From Chiloscyllium plagiosum (Eukaryota), in assembly GCF_004010195.1 (NCBI RefSeq), contig NC_057720.1, forward strand, positions 26,548,890 through 26,612,889: a stretch of DNA of 64,000 bases, given 5' to 3'. A program made the translations under genes and the position numbers. The notes beneath the pieces were generated by a model that had not been told where the DNA came from, ran no database searches, and saw nothing but the letters and a program-made list of their open reading frames with translations. Numbering within the stretch: position 1 is the first letter of the stretch; the number at the start of each line of letters is the position of its first letter. Of this stretch, positions 53,388 to 64,000 are shown piece by piece.

Positions 53388-54342
53388 TTAAAAAATCACA
53401 ACACCAGCTTATAGTCCAACAGGTTTATTTTGAAGCACTAGCTTTCCTAGCACTACTCCTTCATCAGGTAGTTGTGGAGAATAAGATTGTAAGACCCAGA
53501 ATTTATAGCAAAAGTTTAGTGTGATGCAACTGAAATTATATATTGAAAAAGACCTGGATTGTTTGTTAAGTCTCTCATCTTTTAGAATGACCATGTTGGT
53601 GTCAGTTCTTTCAGACATAAATCGCAGTTTTTTAAAAAAAAGTTACAGTCTCAAGTAAACTTAAACAACTGGTGTCATGTCGGCCCAGATAATGTATTGA
53701 ATGTGTGAGTTTCCCTGTATGAGACTGTCTGTGCCACAATGGTCAGACTGATTCTAATCTAAAAAACAGATTTACAGAATGCAGTTTTTGAGCAAAGTAA
53801 AATATAATTCTGCCAGTACAAATTCACCCCACAAACTCATGTGTGTATGTGTGCATGTGGGTGTTTGTGGGGGGGAGGGGGGGGTGGCAGGGGGGTTCAG
53901 CAGCATTACAAGTGTCCACACACACCCACATGCACACACACAGATATAAGTTTGTGGGGTGAATTTGTACTTGCAGAATTACATTTTACTTTGCTCAAAA
54001 ACTGCATGAATCCATGTAAGATTCTGTAAATCCATTTTTTTAAAAAAGAAAAAACAGTTTCGCGATTTACATATGAAAGAACTGAAACCAACATGGTCAT
54101 TCTAAAAGATGAGAGACTTAACAAACAATCCAGGTCTTTTTCAATATATGATTTCAGTTACATCACACTGCAAACGTTTGCTATAAATTCTATGTTTTAC
54201 AATCTTATTCGCCACAACTACCTGATGAAGGAACAGAGCTCTGAAAGCTCGTGCTTCCAAATAAACCTGTTGGACTATGACCTGGTGTTGTGTGATTTTT
54301 AAATTTGTACACTCCAGTCCAACACCAGCGTCTCCAAATCAT
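53388..54342. mobile_element. Large family B head-to-head inverted Penelope terminus
   Basis: Arms at ~53388-53870 and ~53916-54303; hammerhead motifs at 53436-53470(-) and 54219-54253(+). Confidence 0.88.
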
Positions 54343-56040
54343 CTCCTGTCACGATATTCAAAGCAGGCCCTTAGATCCAATCAAAGAAAGAGGATGACGA
54401 CAGCAAACTACACCAGTGACAAACTGGTATGACAGCACATACAGAAAGAAAATTGGCACTGAGTACTATACATAGAGATTACTCCTGTTAGAGAGAAATG
54501 CATTGGGGAAGACAAAAGTGTTCAGTTAAATTAATTTTTTGTTTGCTTTGCTCAAGGCTAAATGAACTAACCTCCAGCTGTGTTAGAGGCCAGTTTCTGT
54601 TTTGTTATTTCACAATATGAAAATATTAGTTGCTTACACCAGTGCAAGGCACAACATTAATTGCATCTTCTGAGGTTTCACACTGTGATTTTCATCTTGT
54701 CCAGCACTACAGCCATGTCAGACAGGAAATCTGGAAGCAAATCCAACAGACACGTGGCTAGGACTACACCACCCGCCAAGCAGCTGAGGAGACTAAGAAT
54801 TCGCCGCTGACCTGCTCTCCCGGTCTGATAAAGACGATGGGCAGGAGGGGTATAGGGCAGAATTCACAGGATGGACATTCACACTAACACCCTGCAGTGA
54901 GGAATGGTTAATTATGGACTTGCTGCTCAGTGATTCTAGTCACTCATTTTGTCCCCTACTCTGAAAGTGTACCCTATGATCTTCTGCTTGAATAATTCTT
55001 GTTACATCCTTCACCACTTCTTTGAATCTTGCATTGAGCAACATTGAAGTCATTGACAATGCAGACAGAGGAGCTGCGATGAAACCACATTGTACACCAA
55101 AGTGCCAAATGTGATAAAGCTGATGGACTTAATTTCCGACATAATAAATTGTCTTGAATTTATTGCTTACCCGAGCATCAGCCACTTGGTGGGGACTGGG
55201 ACGATTATAATGTCAGCTGAAATTCCATTTAGGAAATTCAGTGGGAAACTTTGGAAAAATGCACTGCCTGGAAGACCCTGACTGCACTAGGTAGATCACA
55301 TGTATGGGGTGGTGGAAAGGATTTGGCGGAGGGAGTGTTGGAGGTCTGTGACTGCTGAGGCCAAGCCTCTGGTGTGGGTCCTGAAGCAAGAGCCTTGCTT
55401 CTGCAGGACACAGGTTGTGGATGCTGTCTAAGACTGTCAAGCAATTTGCAATAGCAGAACTGCTCCCCACAGGACATAAATTGTACACTGTAGACTATAC
55501 AGCTGGTTAAAGAGAAATGTATGTGTAGAGAATTGCATAGTAATAGTGTGACAGTAGTGTGACCTGCTCTCAGATTTTCACGTATAAGAGTGTTTCGTGT
55601 TAGTATACAATAGATGAAATTCTAAAGAAGCCCAAGTCTGAACACAATTCTTTTGAAGTTACATTCCCCTCGACAGTCTCCATCTTGAACCACATTCATG
55701 GATGTGGGCATAAAATGCATCACGTGACAAAAGACAGTAACAGTGGTGGGAGGCACTGACTGGAACATTGTGGCAGCAGTGAAGATCAAGGAACAGGTCT
55801 GATATCATTGGTGAAGAAAACTCAAAAAACACATTCGAAAAGCATTGCCATAGCTTTAAGACTTAAGGAGAGCTGCAGAGTTCAACAGCTGCTGTGAAGG
55901 AAAATCAAATCTGACCAGAAGATTTCTGCAAAGAAATTACCACATGCAACTTAAGTTAATAAAGCCATTGTGTAGCCAGTAATAAGGGGAATATTAAGAG
56001 CAGTAAACCTACAAACATAGAACATAAGAGCAGAAACAGA

Positions 56041-56228
56041 CCGAGAGTGTGGTGCTGGAAAAGCTCAACCAGTCAGGCAGCATCCAAGGAGAAAGAGAAT
56101 CGATGTTTCAATCATTAGCTCTTCATCAGGAAGGGCTTATCCTCAAAATGCTGTCTGACCGGCTGTGTTTTACCAACAGCACACTCTCGACTCTGATCTC
56201 CAGCATCTGCAGTCCTCATGTTGCCCCT
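56041..56228. mobile_element. Family A snap-back element with 11-bp TSD
   Basis: GCAGAAACAGA at 56030-56040 and 56229-56239; junction cttc-atcag-gaag. Confidence 0.85.
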
Positions 56229-56472
56229 GCAGAAACAGAACATTCCACCCCTCCAACCTACAATTCATTAAGGCCATGAATGATCAGTTTGTGTTTTTAA
56301 TTCCATATTCCCCTACCATGATAACCTTTGATTCCTTTTCCCAACAAGTATCTACCCCTCTCTTCAAAATATTCATGATCCTGCTTCTATTGCCTTCTGA
56401 GTTCGAAAGTCACAACAGTCAGAACACATTTCTCCTCATCTCTGTCCTGAAAGGGTGACTCACAAATTTTAA

Positions 56473-56646
56473 GTGGGCAGCACGGTGGCACAGTGGTTAG
56501 CACTGCTGCCTCACAGCGCCAGAGACCCGGGTTCAATTCCCGCCTCAGGCGACTGACTGTGTGGAGTTTGCACGTTCTCCCCGTGTCTGCGTGGGTTTCC
56601 TCCGGGTGCTCCGGTTTCCTCCCACAGTCCAAAGATGTGCAGGGTC
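56473..56646 (+). mobile_element. HE1 SINE 5' half, 3'-truncated, young
   Basis: Head plus V-domain; ends abruptly at the palindrome. Confidence 0.9.
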
Positions 56647-56648
56647 AG

Positions 56649-56909
56649 AAGGTCTTGGCAAGGGGAATGTGAAAAGGATATTTCCTCTTATGGATCAATG
56701 GAGCTGGAAGAGCACAGCAGTTCAGGCAGCATTCGAGGAGCTTCAGCAAAATCGACGTTTCGGGCAAAAGCCCTTCATCAGGAAGGGCTTTTGCCCGAAA
56801 CGTCGATTTTGCTGAAGCTCCTCGAATGCTGCCTGAACTGCTGTGCTCTTCCAGCTCCATTGATCCATAAGAGGAAATATCCTTTTCACATTCCCCTTGC
56901 CAAGACCTT
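56649..56909. repeat. Perfect 128-bp inverted repeat with 5-nt loop
   Basis: 56649-56776 is the exact reverse complement of 56782-56909; loop ATCAG. Confidence 0.97.
56751..56784 (-). ncRNA. Minimal hammerhead ribozyme, family A, intact core at the hairpin apex
   Basis: TTC-CTGATGA-A-GGGC(TTTT)GCCC-GAAA-CG-TC-GAT. Confidence 0.7.
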
Positions 56910-56919
56910 TCAGAGAAAT

Positions 56920-57227
56920 GGTGGCACAGTGGTTAGCACTGCTGCCTCACAGCGCCAGTGGCCCGGGTTCAATTCCCGCCTCAGACAACTACCTGTACGG
57001 AGTTTGCACATTCTTCCCGTGACTATGTGGGTTTCCTCCGGGTGCTCAGGTTTCCTCCCACAGTCCCAAAATGTGCAGGTTGGGTGAATTGGCCATGCTA
57101 AATCACATAGTGTTAGGTGAAGGGATAAATGTAGGGGAATGGGTCTGGGTGGGTTGCTCTTCCGAGGGTCGGTGTGGACTTGTTGGGCCGAAGGGCCTGT
57201 TTCCACACTGTAAGTAACCTAATCTAA
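56920..57227 (+). mobile_element. HE1-type V-SINE
   Basis: Complete head, V-domain and tail. Confidence 0.92.
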
Positions 57228-57843
57228 TACCTCAGAAATTGTAACAATGATCGAGCAGGAAGTCACAGCAGCCATCTTTGATAGTCAGAAAATCATTGAA
57301 TCCTATTGTTTGAAGCCATTTTAAAAATGTGTCTATCTAGAGATCCTTTAGAACCCCTTCAGGCATTTAGAGATGAATGAAGATGTTAATTTCTATGAAT
57401 ATGTCCAATTAGCAAAGGAAAACCACAGAGATCATTAAAAATAGCAATTAGGACAATAGAAATTTCAACAGCATTCTGCTTTAGCACTACAATAATAAAC
57501 ATTGCAACAAAGATTCAACAATAACTTTAATCAACTAAGAATACAATAAGGTTGAAAAATAATTATAGAACAAAATCTAAACAAACAAAAATGTAAATCA
57601 AGAAAATAATGAAGTACAGATGTCAGTGAGCATAAGTTTACTAGAATTTCTTTTTCCAACAGAAAAAGTCAAGCTACCTGGTCCATTTGATAGATCAGCA
57701 TGTAGGAAGTATATCTTCTATATTTTCCAAAGATTTAAAATTGTTTCAGATTGGTTACTAAATCAAATGCGGAACAGGTTAGCACCCTTTATATATGGAA
57801 AGAACATCAGATGATGCAATACATAGCTGACAGATTGATAAGA

Positions 57844-58054
57844 GAAAAAACAGAAGTTGCTGGAAAAGCCCAGCAGGTCTGGCAGCATCTGTGAAAAGCA
57901 ATCAATGTTAATGTTTTGTCTCCTCAGAAGGGACACCAGACCAGAAATGTTGTGTTTGATTTCTCTTCACAGATGCTGCTAGACCTGCTGAGCTTTTCCA
58001 GCAACTTCTGTTTTTGTTTCTGATTTACAGCATACACAGCTCTTTCAGGTTTTA
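57844..58054. mobile_element. Family C snap-back element
   Basis: Inverted arms; GATAAGA at 57837-57843 and 58055-58061; junction ctcctcagaagggac lies in the hammerhead core. Confidence 0.75.
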
Positions 58055-58089
58055 GATAAGACATAGCATGTTTATGAGCCTCCCATCAA

Positions 58090-58930
58090 TATTTCCCTTC
58101 AAGAACTAATACGACACTGAAGAGATCATGCTTCAATAGCAGATTCCCCCAGGAAACTCTGTAGATAACTTTATTAATGGTTTGTGGCACTATCTAAATG
58201 AAGCAACTGTGGAAACAAGAGCTTATTTGCAAAATAATTGTCATCTTGGATAAGGTGATCACTGACCTTCTTCAGTCAAAAGTAGACCTATTTCTGAAGC
58301 ATTTCTATTAACAATGAATAATGAGTCCAGAATATTACTCAAGCAGCATTAGATAGCAAAACTTCCATTTAATGCAGAACATTCTACAGAGACTGTAGGC
58401 TACTGAAACATAATAGAATATTTAACCAGAGCAGACAGACCTCTTATCTGAAAAGTATATCATACGTAACAACTTCAATGTGAAAACCTAAATGATCTAA
58501 TGCTACTATGTGCTGTCATAGGTGGTGTTCTAAAGTTCCACATGACCAAAGGCAAAACTGTCCAGCCTGATACCAATAGTTTATTCACTGTAGGACAAGA
58601 GATCACTTCCCAAGACCTGTTACAATCCAACAAACATCAAATTAAATTGTTTCCAAGATGACATGTCTATTCATGTCTTGGAGCAGAGCCGAGAAGAACA
58701 GGTCAATAGTGCAAAGGAACAAGTTTCTATACATGAATAAAAGTTACTTATAAACACAAGAAAACACTTTTTCAAAGAAGTTATATCATCACTCAATCCA
58801 GATGGTATTAACAGAGAAGAAGCAATCCAAATTTGCCACACATTCCTGTAGTTACATCAATGCAAGACCACTCATCAAGTATTATCCAATCAGGGTATAT
58901 GGTTAGGCTGCCATGTTGATTAAATCTCCA
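58090..58930 (+). mobile_element. Ancient Gypsy LTR-retrotransposon remnant (gag plus integrase end)
   Basis: Frameshifted YFPSRTNTTLKRSCFNSR / PGNSVDNFINGL / KQELICKIIVI..DLLQSKVDLFLK resembles Gypsy gag (ERAKFN.R.Q.PGE.VD.FI.DL..ELIRDRIV); IIQSGYMVRLP at ~58880 resembles the integrase C-terminus. Confidence 0.55.
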
Positions 58931-60854
58931 AAGACAATTCTTAACCTTGTCATCTCCTTGACCAGTATTGAACCAAAACCTCAAATGTGGGCACAAAAAT
59001 CAAATGATGAAAGAGCCACAAGGAGAAATGTCTGATGAAAGGTTACAGAAATGAGTTACTAACTCTGTCTGCCTTTCTCCATCTATTGCTGCCCAACCTA
59101 CAAGCTGTTTAAAGTATTTTATTTGAGCAGGCAGAGCCTACCTGGTTGGATTTCTATTGGCCACGGCTCACTCCCTCACTGTCTTCACTTGTTGCAAATG
59201 CTGTAGTAGTTCTCTGCGCTCAAGCAATAGAGTTAAAGTTGAAGTCAGGTATCAACAATGGCATCAAACCCAAACATGCCTGTGCAATAAGGAAGTAATC
59301 TGGCCAAGTGGGCTCTTGCAGCTGATCAGGATAACGAGTCAAAATTATAAATTGTTCTTTTCTCCTGGGTGGAATGTAAATGGTGCAAATAAACAGTTTA
59401 TATCAGATGAGTAGGATTTTAAAACCACAACACATCACATACAGCAGCATATCAGAAGTCTACAATTCACTAATTTATTCACCTTGTGCTCATGTATTTT
59501 GGAAACTGAAACATTGAATTACTGATTGCAACAAGAAGCTCTAATCTATGTCATATGCTTGTCACTTTGGTTCCACTGGGGAGGGGATCACATAGTAAAG
59601 TGGATAATCCTTGATCCCAATTAATTTCTCCAGTGGTAAAGTTCAGCACTAATTAAAGGGAGGCTGATCACTTGGTTTGGGGTGATGGATTAACGCATGG
59701 CAAAGTGAGCTGGTACAGTTGTCATGGATACAAAATACTAAAGGTACAGTACTTGTTTACTCAGAAGTAAAATAACAGGGAAAATTGTAATGGATGACAG
59801 AATAGAAGTCGAATGAGATGATTTCAATAAGAATGAGTATGTTATCAGAAGGCTTTGTATGAAGCTTCTGGAACAATTTAGTTTAAATACCTCGTTTCTC
59901 ATGCGGGAGAAGTTACAAAATCTCAGTGATTCCTACTTCAATTTCGCATTATTTTGAAGAAATGAGATGAGGAACAACTTGAGGAACAAATGAGATGAGA
60001 TGACTTGATAAAACTGTTCACTGGGTCCAAACTGAGCCATAACCCAGCTAAAATTATAATCTCTAACCTATACGATTGGAAGGTCCAAAAATTTGAAGCC
60101 TGATCCAACTGCATTCATTCAAAATAATTCTGAGAGCAAGAAAAAATCATGCCATTTGCACTGCGGTGGACAAACTAGTGCTCTCAGTGTGCCAACATGC
60201 ACATTTTAAAGGGGAGGTACATTCTGGCTACAACAGGATACGGAAGTGGTGAAAAAGGAGTTGATGAATTGGAAGGGCGATGCCTAATCATCATGGACTG
60301 GACAGAGTCTACAACCAATTTCTCCAATTTGAGGTTTTGGTAGAAGAGGTACACTGATAAGTCTTTTTCATCAGAGCACCAGAAGACTCTCCAATCAAAT
60401 ACTAAGGTTGACAGCTATAATAACAAGTGCAAGTAGTCAGTCCTAAGGATGCAAAGCTGCAAAATGTTTAACAATCTCATGCAAATGGTCAAACTCATCT
60501 TTGCATGGCATTTCCTTACAAGGCAAGTAACAGCCTTATACTCTGCATCATTCACGAGACTGTTTTCACTCGCTCACTAATCTATAGCTGTGATCTCATC
60601 TCATCCTTTTACCATTTGCATTGTTCCAAACCACAGATTTATAACTTGCACACATTGCCAGCTCTTCAACAGTGCCAGGTACCATACTCACACACCTTGC
60701 ACGGTACTTACTGGCATGTTTCCCTCTCTAGAAGAACAAGGTTGGCAGTAATCCAATGCAGCAATCCAACAGTGGCTGTGAATAAGCACAGCTGCTTGTG
60801 CTCACTCTAATAAAGACCATTTTGCATCAAACCATTCACATTTCTATGTTGCTT

Positions 60855-60960
60855 CAATTCTGAAAAAGACTCTGACTAAACTTGAAACATTAATTCTGTT
60901 TCACTCACCAAGTTGCTGCTAGACATGATGAGTACTTCCAACATTTCTGTATTTATTTTT
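60855..60960 (+). mobile_element. Family C element with decayed hammerhead
   Basis: ttCTGAAAA..ttGAAACATTaat followed by the family C tail. Confidence 0.5.
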
Positions 60961-61589
60961 GCCACACTACAGGGGAGCAAAACACAGAATATTTGCAAGT
61001 TACTCAATGGACCATGCCAATAATGTTTATTCATGTATTTTTATAGAAAACGATGGTGCACTCGAACAAAAGTCTGCCGTATTAATGGGACAGATTGAAG
61101 AATGAAGCATTGAATAAATGATGCTTAGCTGCATCAAAAGAAAGACAATGCTAAGACGCTCATGTTAAGGATATGGGAGACAGATTTAAATGAAGCTGAT
61201 GTATTCTAAATGCATGCTATCTTTTCCCGATTTGTGGAGCAGTTAACATGAACAGCTCAATGCTCTCATACTGAGAACATCATTTTTCCACATCATTACT
61301 TTCAAAGGTGAATTGGCAAATGTAAGAATGCATTTGTAAATATACCTTCTGCTCCTATTACAGATGATTGTGCAGGAATCAGTGAAGCACGGTTGGAACT
61401 GGAGAAACACAGAACATTCATGTTAAGAAGCATCTCTGGAAATGTTGCTGTAGAGGAACAGAAGGAAGCACTGAATATTGCTCTCACTAATATTTTGATA
61501 AACCTTATCAGATCAATTCTATGTCCCAGTCATAAATACCATGAGTGCCCCACCAATAGCAAAAATATTGAATAACCAACTACTTATCT

Positions 61590-61940
61590 CAGGGACAGAG
61601 TAAACACAGAGTAAATCTTAAATGTGAGGCTAAAGGAAATGACAGAGATAAGGAAGCCATGGAGAGATTTGAGAGTAAGAATGAGAATTTTAAGATCAAG
61701 GAGTTGCCTAACCAAGCACTAACAAATGTCAATGAGGACAGGGATGATAGAAGAACAGGACTTGGTATGAGGAAGGACTCAGACCATGGAATTTTGGATG
61801 GTAAGCTTCTGAAGGGTACATTGTGGGAACACAGGCAGCAAAGCATTGAATTAACAAGGCCTAGATGTAGTGCAGAGATTGAAAGCCTTTCTCTAACAGA
61901 TGAGCTGAGGCAGAGACAGTGTCGAGTGATGTTATGTTGA
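61590..61940 (-). mobile_element. L2-like LINE 3' remnant
   Basis: Reverse reading contains ILKFSFLLSNLSMAS; homologous to 16600-16920. Confidence 0.6.
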
Positions 61941-63399
61941 CATGATCAAATAGTCAGATTAAGTTCTATTTTAGCCCAGAGTCTCCATAGATGAATTCTG
62001 GAAGATGCTTTTAAAGGAGGGATATCCCAGCAGCTCAAGCACACAGACTGGTAAATACATAGTGACATTAAGGTAGGTAGTCGACATTCCAACCAGAAGG
62101 AACTCAGACTAGCAGAAAGAATTCATTCTAAATTCTAAATGCATAACAGAGACGTGATACCATGTGCATTGAGACATAGAAATAAATCATTCACAGATTC
62201 GGGAAATAATAAGATTTTTTTTATGTATCTTACCTTCATAGCAACTTCCTTGAGTCTATGTACAACACATAAAAGGTGTAATACTGAGTTCCATTGGAGC
62301 TGACCCAATGAAGTTGGAGATCTTCCAAGTTGGGCAGTATCTCTGGCTAATTCCATGTGATGAGACATATTGGGATGAAAAACTATTATCCCATCAGCAC
62401 AGGCTCTCTGCTGAGTTTCAGGCAGTCAACAGTGTGAGCCACTCTGCTATGATCTGGTAAATTAGGTAATAGTTGAGGTTCACAAGCTGCCTGCCTCAAC
62501 AACTACAAGGTAATGAACGTAATCCTCGTTCCTGAAAACAGATCTAATCAAATTTTTAATCCAAAGTGTTCAGAACTTAAATGTTCCCAGCCTATTTTTT
62601 TAATTATACTATCATGTAAGGTCTGTAATGCCAGACTTTTTATTTCTTTATTTTACTATTTGTTTTCCAAAAGTTGATACTCAAGAATCTGTACCTAGGT
62701 ACCTTGTACCTAAGATGGCACCTTACGTGGTGACTTCTAAACTTTTCACTTTACTCATGTGAGTACATGTGACAATAAATCCAATTTTAAATATTGCAAG
62801 GGTTTTTTTTGTGTGTCTCTAAAGTTAGAAATTAGACTCCTGAACCAAGACACGTTCAAAGCATCATGCTCCTGAATTTCCTTAAATTCGACGGGAATCT
62901 AACAAACGTCACATGAAATAGACTGTGGCCTGAATATATGGGCCAAAACCTTCACGATGAGTTTTTTGCAGGGCCTTCTTTGAGGGAAAAGAATCCATGA
63001 AATGTTCGTGGTACTCTGTGGCATGTTCATTTATTTTTGTATGACTGGTAGCTATTGAAATCTATCACCATTTGGGGTTATTTCACAGACAAAGTTTGTC
63101 TGTGTTGTCATGCAAATCATGATGCTGTATTGATCATATGGCTATGCCATCAGAAAGACAGTGGTCTCCAGTTCAGAATAGTATGTCAAGGGAGAGGTGT
63201 GAGACACAAACACTAGAGCATTGTATTTGTAAGTGCGCTTGTAATATGGTGTAAATAAACGAGTATTACAGAATATATGGAGTTAAGAAGCTTTCCTGCT
63301 TAAGGAGAAGGAACAGGAAACCCAGGGATGATATCTATGCAGACACCTTAGGTACTCCAGACCTTCATTTCCATGTGAAATTTATAGTACTTGTTTCAA

Positions 63400-63910
63400 G
63401 CACAAGTTAAAGCACAGTCCACTATCTATAAGCATAAGTTGGGTGTGTGGTGAAAAAGTACAACTCTAACAACACTCAAGATGCTGAACATCATCCAGGA
63501 CAAAAAAGAAATCCCGCTTGTTAATCACCCTATCTGACACATTCAACAGGCACTCCATTCAGCACTGATGCACAGTGGCAGCAGTGTGCACCATCTACAA
63601 CGCCAAGGCTCAACAGCAACTTCCGAACCACAATCCTGACCAAAAGGGCAGAAGATGCATGAAACCATCAGGACGTGTAATTTCCCCAAATAACAACACC
63701 AAACAATAAAGGCAAACAATAACATGATTTGGAACTCTATTGCCATTTCTATAGTGTCAATGGCAACATTTTGGAAATCACTAATGGCTGTGTGGTTGTA
63801 TCAACACCACATGGAATGCAGCAATTCCAGAAGGCAGCTCACCACCAGCTTCTCAACAGCAATTGACAATAAATGCTAACCTGACCAGCATTACTTGCAT
63901 CCAATAGAAT
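63400..63910 (+). mobile_element. Second LINE family 3' end, degenerate
   Basis: LNIIQDK motif and shared tail. Confidence 0.65.
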
Positions 63911-63960
63911 TAGTCAATTTAAAATAAACTATAAGAAAAAAAAATGCATTTATGAAAAAA

Positions 63961-64000
63961 GAGCAGCTCAGTGGTTAGCATTGCTGCCTCACAGAACCAG
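63961..64000 (+). mobile_element. HE1 SINE head at the window edge
   Basis: gctcagtggttagcattgctgcctcacag. Confidence 0.75.

Noticed and set aside
56635..57087. Mirror-image ORFs on both strands
   Set aside because: Artefact of the perfect palindrome
1..64000. CRISPR arrays, rRNA or prokaryotic systems
   Set aside because: No regularly spaced repeats, operons or rRNA-like sequence; the content is vertebrate retroelements

Overview
64 kb of AT-rich, repeat-dense vertebrate DNA, almost certainly from a shark or ray, inferred from the HE1-type V-SINEs and their partner CR1 (HER1-like) LINEs. I found no intact protein-coding gene. The ORF track consists of decayed CR1, L2, Rex1, Penelope and Gypsy fragments, SINEs and chance ORFs, so the window is probably intronic or intergenic. 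The most notable content is about 20 short Penelope-derived insertions in three (possibly four) families. They carry minimal type I hammerhead ribozyme motifs (CUGANGA-A-stem II-GAAA with a palindromic ACGU or AGCU in place of helix III). Many are flanked by 6-18 bp target-site duplications (TSDs), and many form snap-back inverted repeats whose fold point lies in or beside the ribozyme, including a perfect 128-bp hairpin at 56649-56909. Other highlights are two intact same-strand hammerheads 301 nt apart (50344-50679) and two HE1 SINE fragments flanked by unusually long (48 and 88 bp) hairpin-containing direct repeats. Repeat boundaries were read by eye and are approximate unless a TSD is given. 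Family names come from motif recognition, not database searches.
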